Shown here: positions 54,163-64,000 of the stretch, in pieces
How positions within the stretch are numbered: the stretch's first letter is position 1
Layout: every line of letters begins with the position of its first letter
Assembly (NCBI RefSeq): GCF_018977255.1
Contig: NW_024704743.1
Coordinates: 59,646,001 to 59,710,000 of the forward strand
DNA length: 64,000 bases
Direction of reading: 5' to 3'
Origin: Callorhinchus milii
Taxonomy: Eukaryota
The notes under the pieces: model-generated
Told to the model about the DNA's origin: nothing
Database searches by the model: none
Seen by the model: only the letters and a program-made list of their open reading frames with translations
Made by a program: the position numbers and the translations under genes

Positions 54163-54686
54163 TGTGTCAGCCTGCCTTAGTTAGTGACACTTTCATTTCA
54201 GATGGTTCTGGCCTAACGGGATTTTGAACTCAATCTAAGCTGACACTTCAGTTCAGTAATGGGGGTGTGCTACATGGTCAGAGATGCCTTCCTTCAGTCA
54301 ATTCACTAACGCTATCCATTTAGGTAGACGTTAAAGATCCCATGGTACTATTCAAAGAGAAGAGTTTCTCTAATAATAATAATTCTTGCTTTTGATATAG
54401 CACTTTTCACGTCTTCTAGACATCTCAAAGCGCTTCACAGAATATACTGTAAAGTGAATTGACTGTATATTTGTGGACAAAAAAGTCCTGGCCAACAAAT
54501 AAAATAAAAAAGTTTTGGCCATAAATAAAATTGTTCCTTCACTTCATGTCTATTTGCGAGGCATTACTATCTGCAAATTGCTTGTCATGTTTTGCCTACC
54601 AAATATGCAGTACATGTAATGAAGGGATTCGAGACATCGTCCCAATGTGAAAGGTGCTATACCAAATGGAAGGATTAATAATCATT
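54163..54686 (+). mobile_element. Deu-domain SINE with an inverted SINE 3' fragment nested at about 54371-54480
   Basis: Core breaks at gagtttctc and resumes at gtcctggccaac; intervening sequence is a reversed SINE tail. Confidence 0.75.
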
Positions 54687-54700
54687 TTTATTATACTTGC

Positions 54701-54843
54701 CCATCTTTGGTTTGATGTACGGCACTTGCAAGCAGCTGCACTGAGTTGGGGTTGGCTTCTGCGTCATCATAGAAAGCCATAAACCTTTTGACAAAATCAA
54801 CTGCAGACATGTAGTGCACGCCATTCTCTTCAATACTCGCATA
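54701..54843 (-). CDS. SLC25A13: Citrin coding exon (human exon 3 equivalent), EF-hands 1-2
   Basis: 143 bp; acceptor ctttcag|TAT; translates YASIEENGVHYMSAVDFVKRFMAFYDDAEANPNSVQLLASAVHQTKDG, aligning to human YASIEKNGEFFMSPNDF...VVDQTKDG; donor is non-canonical GG|gcaagt. Confidence 0.93.
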
Positions 54844-55135
54844 CTGAAAGGTATAAATTATCACCATTATTATGCACTATTTCATATCTCACACCATAAC
54901 AAAATATTCTCGTTATTGAACTTCAAAAATGTCTGTTTGGGCATCAAATTGTCCAGATTTGAAAAGCTCATTCAATATAGTAAACAGATGGACACCCCCA
55001 CTCCCGCTTCAATTAAAAAAATTGGAAGGCAAAAACATGGAAATCATGGTCTTGCAGGTTAAAAAAACCCCAAATATTCTCATCCTTCTTTAATATAAAA
55101 AGCAATCACTGAAATTTGATACTAATAAAATAAAA

Positions 55136-56594
55136 TGCAGTCTCATAGCATAGTGGTTAGCTCGCTCGCCTTTCAAGTGAGAGGACCCTAATTGATTCCC
55201 AGGCAGGGCAAAACCTTAGGCAAGTTTCCTTACTCCACACAACAAGATTACATTTATAGAGCGCCTTTCACATCGGAAGGACGTCCCAAAGCGCTGAACA
55301 GTCAGGTGTCAGGGCCCAAGCATGGGGGTGGGGTGGTGTAGCGGTGAGGGAAGGCAGAGAGGTGGGAGGGAGACCAAAGGCACGGTCGAAGAGAAGGGTC
55401 TTGAGACCGGCCTTGAAGGAGGCAAGGGAGGAAGCGAGGCGAAGGGAACGTGGGATGGAGTTCCAGGATGTGGGGACAGAGAGGCTGAAAGCCCGGCCAC
55501 CGATGGTAGGGCGGTAGACATCGAGCAGCCCGGAGCCTGATGAGCGGAGGGAGCAGGGAGGTTGGTAGAGAGTCAGCAGGTCAGAGAGGTAGGAGGGGGC
55601 AAGGCCATTGATGGCCTTAAAGGTGAGGACGAGGATCTTGAACTTGATCCTCTGGGGGACGAGGAGCCAGTGGAGTCGGGCGAGAGTGGAAGTGATGGGG
55701 TCACAGAGCCTGGTGCGTGAGAGTACACGAGCTGCAGAGTTTTGGATGATCTGCAGCTTGTGAAGGGAAGAGTTGGGAAGGCCGATGAGGAAGGAGTTCC
55801 CGTAATCGAGCCATGAGGTGATGAATGCGTGGGTGAGGGTTTCGGCAGCCTGAGGGGTGAGGCAGTGGCGGAGTCTGGCAATGTTGCGGAGGTGGTGGTA
55901 GGCAGTGCCGGTCATGGCGCGGATGTGGGGAAGAAAGGACAGTTCAGGGTCAAACAAGATACCCAGGTTCCTGACTGGCTTAGTGAGGTTGAGAGTGCAG
56001 CTATGGAGGATGATGCTGCCAACGCCTGAGGTGCGGAGGCGCTGGCGCGAGTCAATCAGGAGGGCTTCGGTCTTGCTGACGTTGAGTTGGAGAAAGTTGT
56101 CCCTTGTCCAGGACTTGATGTCAGACAGGCAGTCGGTCAGGTCGCCAGTAGTCCTGGAGTTGAGGGTGGAGGCAGAGAGATAGAGTTGGGTGTCATCCGC
56201 ATACATGTGAAAATTTACCCCATCTCTGCGGATGATGTCACCGAGGGGGAGCATGTAGAGGGTGAAGAGGATGGGACCGAGGACGGAGCCCTGAGGAACA
56301 CTGCACGAGACAGTGCAGGGGCTGGAGGAGAAACCGTTTGCCGCGACGAAATGGAGGCGGTGTGAAAAGTAGGACCTGGTAGCACACGCCTCTATTTATC
56401 TAGTAGCAAGTAGGACCAGAGTTGTTCGTCGATTGGCGGATCGTTTTCCTGGGGTAATAATTCCTCCCAAAAAATGGTTACTCAATCCATGACTGTTTAT
56501 CCACAAAATGCAGTCAATTTACTTTACAATACATTTTGTGAAGCGCTTTGAAGCGCTCAATTACATAAGGTGCCATATCAAATATGAGGATTAT
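55136..56594 (+). mobile_element. SINE family B split by an L2 insertion (halves 55136-55240 and 56383-56594)
   Basis: ...agtttccttactccacac continues as cacacgcctct... after the L2, as in the intact 44140 copy. Confidence 0.85.
55241..56376 (-). mobile_element. Young L2 LINE, 5'-truncated, frame still open
   Basis: 328-aa ORF 55268-56254 with YADDTQLY, open upstream through [12 protein letters not shown]; many CpGs retained. Confidence 0.96.
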
Positions 56595-56828
56595 CTGAAT
56601 GTTACAATAATCCTTACATCAAATTCAAATACTAAAGAAAGGGTATGATATAAAAGAGCTGGGTCACACAAACTTTAATGACAGTTTATTCTTGGCCAAC
56701 CTGGTCACGCTTAGCAAATCATTAAAATACACTAGAAGTCAATGTTAGCGAGCAATATTTTGTAGCAAGAGCATAGCACCTCTCACTCGCAAGAACATTA
56801 ACAGCAGTCAAAGGCCAGCTTCCTGCTC

Positions 56829-57400
56829 AACAACAACAAGATTCCATTTATAAAGCGCCTTTCACGTCAGGAGGACGTCCCAAGGCGCTGCACAGTTGGG
56901 TCATGACCCGAGCGGGGGGAAATGGTCAGGGTGAGGGGAGGGAAGGGAGGGAACGAGGAGGGGGGAAATGGTCAGGGTGAGGGGAGGGAAGGGAGGGAGC
57001 GAGGAGGGGGGAAATGGTCAGGGTGAGGGGAGGGAAGGGAGGGAGCAAGGAGGGGGGAAATGGTCAGGGTGAGGGGAGGGAAGGGAGGGAGCGAGGAGGG
57101 GGAAGAGAGTCGAGAGGGGAGCTGAAGGCTCGGTCAAAGAGAAAGGTTTTGAGACCGGCCTTGAAGGAGGAAAGGGAGGAGGCGGCGAAGGCACTGGGGG
57201 ATGGAGTTCCAGAGCCTGGGGGCTGAGAGGCTGAAGGCCCGACCACCGATGGTAGGGCGGTTGGGGCGGGGGACGTGAAGCAGACCAGAGCCAGAGGAAC
57301 GGAGGGTACGGGCAGGTAGGTAGGGGGATAGTAGGTTGGAGAGGTAGGAGGGAGCGAGGCCGTGAATGGCCTTGTAGGTGAGGATGAGGATCTTGAAATC
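56829..57400 (-). mobile_element. L2 3' fragment carrying a minisatellite in its 3' UTR
   Basis: [23 protein letters not shown]...GGRAFS peptide and (GTT)n tail. Confidence 0.92.
56914..57103. repeat. 46-bp purine/G-rich minisatellite, 4 copies
   Basis: Unit ggggggaaatggtcagggtgaggggagggaagggagggagcgagga; aaatgg recurs at 56920, 56966, 57012 and 57058. Confidence 0.97.
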
Positions 57401-57892
57401 AAGTACTGTGAAAAGCTGATACTCCAGAAGCAATATTAATGCACTCTTGTGTCTAGCCTGACTGGCTGTGGGAATCGCCAATGCTTCCAGTCAATCAACA
57501 CTTTTTCTCTTGCTCCTCTGTGAGGCAAAGCAAGAGAACAATGTTTGGAAGCAGCATCCACAGTGCACTGTAGAGTGTAATGGGATGAAAGAGTGACTGA
57601 TAGAATCACTAAGTTACCAGCTGTCATAGTAAGTGGAACAAGACTTTTCTCCCATAGCTTGAATTGGGTTATCCCAGACACTTCCTTTACATGTTTTTGA
57701 CCACGTTTTCAGTCACCTTTCCCCTCCCTACTTGAGTACATACTATATATACGTGGGGCTTCAAAGGGTGAATCTTCACATTTCAAATAAGAAAGCTCCT
57801 AACTTGAATTAAGCTGACGATTCACTTTGCTGGTTGAGGGTCACTGTTGTGCGTAAATTCGCTGCTGAGTTTATCCACAATGACACACTATC

Positions 57893-58608
57893 ATAACAAC
57901 AACAACTTGGATTTATATAGCACCCTCCACGCCGGATGGCATCTCAGAGCGCTTCACAGTAACGAATCCCAGGGCCGAGCCAGTGGGAGGGGGAGGAAGG
58001 TGACCAAAGGCACGGTCGAAAAGGTCTTCAGTAGGGACCTGAAAGTAGGAAGAGAGGGAGCGAGGTAAAGGGAGTGAGGAAGGGAATTCCAGAGCCTCGG
58101 GGCATAGTGGCTGAAGGCACGGCCGCCAAGGGTGGAGCGGAGGACTCGGGGGACGAGGAGGAGGCCAGACCCGGAGGAACAAAGGCAACGGGTACTGTTT
58201 TGAGGAAAGAGGAGGTCAGAGAGGTAGGGGGGTGCTAAGGAGTGGAGGGATTTGAATACAAGGGTGAGGATCTTGAAATCGATCCTCTCTGGGATAGGCA
58301 GTCAGTGCAGTCTGGCAAGGACTGGGGTGATCAGGGAGTGGAGTTTGGTGCGGGTGAGAATGCAGGCGGCAGAGTTTTGGATGATTTAGATTTTATGGAT
58401 TGTGGTGGATGGGAGACTGGTGAGGAGGGTGTTATAGTAGTACAGCCTAGAGGTGACAAAGGCATGGACTAGGGTTTCAGCAGCCTTCGGAGAGAGGTAT
58501 TTGCGGAGACGGGCGATGTGTCGGAGGTGGAAGAAAGCGGTGCTGGTGATGGACTGGATGTGGGGGAGAAAGGACAATTGGGGGTCGAACCTGACGCCAA
58601 GGTTGCAT
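57893..58608 (-). mobile_element. L2 LINE 3' portion, second subfamily
   Basis: NLGVRFDPQLSF...AFFHLRHIARLR...AETLVHAFVTSRL; tail ggagggtgctatataaatccaagttgttgtt differs from the main subfamily. Confidence 0.9.
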
Positions 58609-58925
58609 ACCACTTTAGTGTATTCTGTGATGCACTTTGAGACATCCCAATGATGTGATAAGATACCATATCAAAATACGAGGATTATTAAAAATAGTTT
58701 ATAAAATTCTGGTTCTAAAGAATAACGCACCAAATACTAAACAATTTAAGGGAATGATTATAACAATATACAATTTATGTTTATATAGCACCCACCCTCA
58801 ACCCCATTCATAAGCCAATCCACGTTATAGTGAGAATTTATAATAATCCTTGCATTTGAAATAGTAGACAGAGCTGTCCTTCATCTGACAAAGTAGATAA
58901 TACTCATGTAGAAAACTCTCATCTT

Positions 58926-59060
58926 AATAATAATAATCCTTGCATTTGATATAACGTCTTATCACGTCTTCGAGACATCTCAAAGCGCTTCACAGAATAT
59001 ACTGTAAATTGAATACTATATATTTTGTGGGCAAAGCATAGCAGTCAATTGCGCACGGTA
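58926..59060 (-). mobile_element. SINE 3' fragment
   Basis: Reverse (TTA)n tail and 3' body. Confidence 0.75.
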
Positions 59061-59249
59061 GTCTTGCTTGCTGATCTCACCCGATCTACCAACAATACTT
59101 GATGACTGAATATAAAACTTCAAGCAATATTCCAGTGAATGAAAGCTCAATTATTAGATCATTCTCATTAACTAAAATTTATTTTACAATTGTTATTTTA
59201 ATACATCACAACTAGATATGTCACCTACATGGACCTGTGAGGTCATAAA

Positions 59250-62200
59250 TGGTGACATTGCAGGGTAGATCACGATTATCTGATACCTTCAGCAACACAA
59301 GGTAACGTATTAGGGTCTAAAATGCAGGAGTCACAACCTTGGATTCATAAAGAATCTTAAAATATGAAATCCTGACAGTAACCAGAATAATGTTACAAAA
59401 CCCACAAGATCTCTGCTCTGATGCAAAATTCCTTTGGAGATTGTCAGAGTGGAGATCGACTGGGTTGGGGTAATGTACATCTGGTTCCCAGCAGGATTCA
59501 TTATTTATGAACCTTTCAAATTCAGATTGTGAATACCAAGCGTATGACCCCAATGAGCACATCTTAGCCAATAAAACAAGTACAAAAAAAAACTTTAGCT
59601 CACGTCTAAATTTAAACATCATATCCAACAAGTCGCCAAATTCGTTTTCTGGATAGCAATTGAAATTTTCTTTAGAAGTGGAAAAGGGGAGAATAGTCGT
59701 CATCAGTTTAAATGAGAGCTTTGAGAGTCCACCGGTGTCATGGAATAAATTTCCACATGTATGCGGATGACACCCAACTCTCTCTCTCTGCCTCCACCCT
59801 TAACTCCAGGACTACTGGCGTCCTGACTGACTGCCTGTCTGATATCAAGTCCTGGACGAGGGACAACTTTCTCCAACTCAACGTCAGCAAGACCGAGGCT
59901 CTCTTGATTGGCTCGCGCCAGCGCCTCTGCACCTCGGGCGTTGGCAGCATCATCCTCCACCGCTGCACACTCAACCTCACTAAGCCAGTCACGAACCTGG
60001 GTGTCTTGTTTGACCCTGAACTGTCCTGTCTCCCCCACATCCGCGCCATGACCGGCACTGCCTATCACCACCTCCGCAACATTGCCAGACTCCGCCACTG
60101 CCTCACCCCTCACCCACGCATTCATCACATCAAGGCTCGATTATGGAAATTCCCTCCTCATCAGTCTTCCCAACTCTTCCCTTCACAAGCTGCAGATCAT
60201 CCAAAACTCTGCAGCTTGTGTACTCTCATGCACCAGGCTCTGTGACCCCATCATTCCCACCCTCATCCAACTCCACTGGCTCCCCATCCCTCAGAAGATT
60301 GAATTCAAGATCCTTGCCCTCACTTTCAAGGCCATCCATGGCCTTGTCCCCTCCTACCTCTCTGACCTACTGACTCCCTACCAACCTCCCCGCTCCCTCC
60401 TTTCAGCAGGCTCCAGCCTGCTCCATGTCTCCCGCCCGACCCACCCTACTACGGGTGACTGAGCTTTCAGCTTCTCTGCCCCCACACTCTGTAACTCCAT
60501 CCCACAATCCCTTCACCTCCCTTGCCTCTTTCAAAGGCGGTCTCAAGACCCTCCTCTTCAATGGTGCCTTCGGTCGCCCTTCCACCTCACTGTCTTCCCT
60601 CACCCCTACCCCACCCCTCCCCCATGCACGGGTCCTGACTGTAGACTCTCCAGCGCCTTGGGACATGCTCCCGACGTGAAAGGTGCTCTATAAATGTAAT
60701 TTTGTTGTTGTCTCTTGGTGTGCCTATTCATACTTCGTTTGGATCATAGGCCTGCTGAACATTGTTTATTAAGGGTGAGGATGGAGACAAAGGCAGAATT
60801 CATCTACACCAATTTTGACATAAACTTTTTGGTGACTACTGTGCCAGCAGGCTAAGTTTCATGCATTTCACAAACAGTCTGGCGTCTAAAGCAAGCATCC
60901 AGCTTAAGATTCCGAGGTCGCTTTTGGCTGGGATTCTGTGGTGCAACCTGAAGGATGCCAATTTATTTGTATTCCCATTAAATATTGGTCTAGTGTGTGG
61001 AGAACTTGGACCTGACTCCTGTCAAGGCAGTATTCTGGTAATTTTCCAACTGAGACTTCTCCAAGTTTATTCAAGCCCAGCTGGCTGAAGGCACAAGCCA
61101 TTTGTTGGCTTTATCCCCAGAGCTTTCTCTCAATAGCCAGCCACTTTGTTAGGGCCATACTTGTCACACTTACAACTCAGAATGGAACTATGAGTAATAG
61201 CATTCAGGAAAGACTCTTTCAGAGCAAAAGGCTAGACCAAAGGGCAACATCATGTGCAATCATATGTTGCCAGCTGGAACCTTAAAAACTTTCAGTGATT
61301 CTCCTTGATGGCAAAGTAAAAGCAAACAACCTTCAGGTCATTGTCTCCCAGCCAATATTCTGAGTGTAAAGCCTGAATAATAATGTGGCAATTCCGAACT
61401 TTTAAGAATTTTATGTATGAAATCTATTAATCAATCTGATCTCCATACGCGTCTATCTCCACTTTGGTGGAGACAACGAAACAAATGAAATAGCTATGGG
61501 ATCTACCCAATAGAGTTTAATAAAAGCATTATCTTATAAAAAAGTCACAACAACCTTCAAAAGTGGAAACACTTTAAAATGAGTGTCAAAATAGGATGAA
61601 ATAGATAACATCTAAAACAAAATACATGGAAACATTGAATACAAACATCGTTGACATACTGCAGGAAATATTTTATATTATCAAGCTATCTAGGTAAATG
61701 GGAAAAGCCACAGTGCAGTTCACCACCAATGTTGAAATTTGAAGCAAAAGGAATCAGCTTTCTCTTTAGTCAAACAGGCAAGTGAACCATCAGGGTAAAA
61801 AGTATAGGCACTGAGTCACAGAAATTCAAAGGGTCCACTTTGGCAAGGGATCAAAACAAATAACTGCTGGAGGGGCAGAGGACAATAGTTTCAATAAAAG
61901 TTGAACAGCTTTAATAGTGGAGATCAATGAATACATAGTGACATTACAAGCAGATAAACCTTGAGCTGAATTCACCGATTCTAGCACAAGCTTCTAATAT
62001 TAGAAACTTACATTTTCAACAATTTTAAGGTTCAAAAGAAGTGCATATATGGAAGATATTCTGGAATCTATTACAATATCCACCACAAAGTAGTGCTTTA
62101 GTTAATAACCATTCCTTTTCAATATCCAAGTCATCAAAGAGCAGTTGGGAGGAACAGACGCTCTGCCTGAACAAGACCTCTCCTGTGGGGAAATGAGATT

Positions 62201-62560
62201 TGCACTGTTCAATGTAAGGATGCCTTAGAACACGATTTCTGAAGCGAATGGATGTAGGATACATCAGAATAAGAGTTGTGTCTTAGTTTTCGCATGCATG
62301 CTTCCAGACAATTCCATGCCTCAAAGCATTTGAATCATTTCCAGATGACACATCCATTTGAGTGGGTGCATCAGAGATCGACTCAGAAAGCCAGCTGTCA
62401 ACCTTTGGCCAGTGTGGACAATGAAAAACAAATGTTCATTCTTCAGGACCTAGTGTTTTTGTTTATTCCACGCATCCACCATCTTCTGAGAGATCACTTT
62501 TGGGATCTCTACAATCTGCATATTCAGTCCATTTTTGCTACAGTGCAAACATATACATCT
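59250..62560 (-). mobile_element. Highly decayed non-LTR retrotransposon, interrupted by the L2 at 59740-60712
   Basis: Colinear degenerate RT motifs on minus: GV...LSPS...INNV near 60760-60810 and ALI*TDD (YxDD-like) near 59700; upstream extent uncertain. Confidence 0.45.
59740..60712 (+). mobile_element. Young L2 LINE, 5'-truncated
   Basis: HMYADDTQL...[15 protein letters not shown]; very similar to the 55241-56376 copy; (GTT)n tail. Confidence 0.95.
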
Positions 62561-63481
62561 TAGGAATATCGGAAATAAACTGAATATACTATTTGCACAT
62601 GAAACTCCCGCAGCTATTTTCACTTTTTTGAGTGACTAATGCAAAGCAGTCCATAAAAGCAGAACTATGGGAATGCATAAGAAAGATAGTCACTATTGGT
62701 AAGGGTCAGTGTTTAACAAAGCCTACATGCTGTATGCAGCTAATTTATACCTGCAATGTAACAAGAAACAGAATAAATAGAAAGAAAAATAAGCAGCCAA
62801 GCAATTTATTTTATTTTAACAAGTTACAGAAAATGTGAAATATGAAACTTTGGAAAATGTGTTGCCCGTGGAAGGGGGAAAATTGTTTTAATTAATTTTC
62901 TGGGAAATAGTGGCATAACAATGAAAGAACTGCAGTATTGATAAGGGAAAGGGAAGCTCATTTTCAAAATATAACTTAAATTAATTAAGCAAACTAAGCA
63001 AGGAAATCATAATAGAAAATAATCTGAACAGTTTATTTATGTCTGTACAATAACAGCATTCATTCAAAGAAACTTATTGCGAGAGACAAGGTCACCAACA
63101 AAATAAGCATCCTGCTTTATTATGGTTCACCTGTCAACCTTAATTTGAACCATTAGCTACAGCAAATCCAGTATCACATCCACCTGAAGTCTTGGAACCA
63201 AATGAAAACACACTACAATCTTGCTAGCTCAACTCAGTTAACAGTCCAATATGGTTTGGAACTTAATACGATTCATCCAGTTATCACACTTGCTGCAATT
63301 TGGCACTACCACCAACTGCAGGAAGTTGCAGTAACGAAATGATATATATATGTTTGGGGATGTTGAATGGCGACAATGATAGAGTTACGTTGAAGTTATG
63401 GAACTCCACTCCCTGCCCTTTGCTCAGCCAGTTCCAGACATCACTCGACCGCTCCACTTTACCATCAGTGGCCATGCTTTC

Positions 63482-63650
63482 CATAGAACCATAGAAATTT
63501 ACAGTACAGAAGGTAGCCATTCGACCTATCGTATCAGTGCCAGCTCACTTGAGAGCAATCATTTCAGTCCCATGTGCCTGCTCTTTCCCCCATAAGCCTG
63601 CAGCCCACTCTTTAAGTTATTTGTCTAGTTCCCTTTTGAGGGTCAATATG
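63482..63650 (-). mobile_element. CR1 3' end fragment
   Basis: catagaaccatagaaatttacagtacagaagg..gccattcg is a reversed CR1-type 3' terminus. Confidence 0.65.
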
Positions 63651-63654
63651 GAAT

Positions 63655-63932
63655 AATCATAATAATCCTTGCATTTGATGTAGTGCTTTTCATGTCTTCT
63701 AGACGTCTTAAAAAGCTCACAGAATAGACTGTAAAGTGAATTGACTGTATATTTGTGGGCGAAACGCGCAGCCAGTGTCCCACAAACAGTCGTGGATTGA
63801 AAATGACCAATTTATTATTGTTTTTTTTCTAAAGTGATTATTATCAGGTGTTGAGTAAGGAAACTTGCCCAAGGTTTCGCCCTGCTGGGAATCAAACCCA
63901 CTTGTGAGGCAAGTGCTCTAATACAGGACTCC
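63655..63932 (-). mobile_element. tRNA-derived SINE family B, internally deleted form
   Basis: Same structure as 28576-28883. Confidence 0.85.
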
Positions 63933-64000
63933 TGGATCTGTCTCAACCAGCACTCCCACAGGACATTCCATATCATAACAAGTCCGTGCCTGAAAAAACT

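Noticed and set aside
2902..54843. Assignment to SLC25A12 (aralar) or to a pseudogene
   Set aside because: Diagnostic residues (DALF, GKG, HQHIPF, FLL, YFNGFN, IRPH) favour citrin; all phases join with no stop or frameshift
55268..56254. Longest ORF (328 aa) as a host gene or domesticated RT
   Set aside because: It is a 5'-truncated L2 ORF2 with tail and TSD, and there are several sister copies in the window
56914..57103. CRISPR-like regularly spaced repeats
   Set aside because: Head-to-tail tandem units without unique spacers, in a vertebrate intron
59317..59703. 128-aa orphan ORF as a novel gene
   Set aside because: No splice or family support; better explained as decayed RT sequence
60895..60960. 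Possible SLC25A13 exon 2 (minus strand ccttcag|GTTGCACCACAG...)
   Set aside because: Translation does not resemble VALTKRADPAELRTIFLK and I saw no suitable donor 54 nt downstream; it lies within a probable decayed retroelement

Overview
AT-rich, repeat-dense vertebrate intronic DNA. The SINE/LINE complement looks chondrichthyan, possibly a chimaera/elephant shark (inference). The window holds 11 consecutive minus-strand coding exons of the mitochondrial aspartate/glutamate carrier citrin (SLC25A13), equivalent to human exons 3-13. They join into a stop-free 1224-nt (408-codon) frame; ten have the exon lengths I recall for the human gene, and the exon 9 equivalent is 18 nt shorter. Exons 1-2 and 14-18 were not found and presumably lie outside the window. 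Introns contain L2 and CR1 LINE fragments, two tRNA-headed SINE families (one with a Deu-domain), LF-SINE-like relics, hAT-type MITEs and two decayed non-LTR elements of another clade. Best leads: (1) the Ca2+-binding EF-hand 2 loop is degenerate (position 1 D>H, position 12 E>D) and the linker exon is shortened, suggesting a Ca2+-independent citrin; (2) a GC-AG intron splitting that EF-hand; (3) a Penelope-type minimal hammerhead ribozyme motif; (4) a long inverted repeat, a 35-bp templated insertion and several nested insertions; (5) candidate enhancers in a gene known to host DLX5/6 enhancers. I found no convincing wholly new multi-gene system. All similarity calls are from recall, not database searches; repeat boundaries are approximate.
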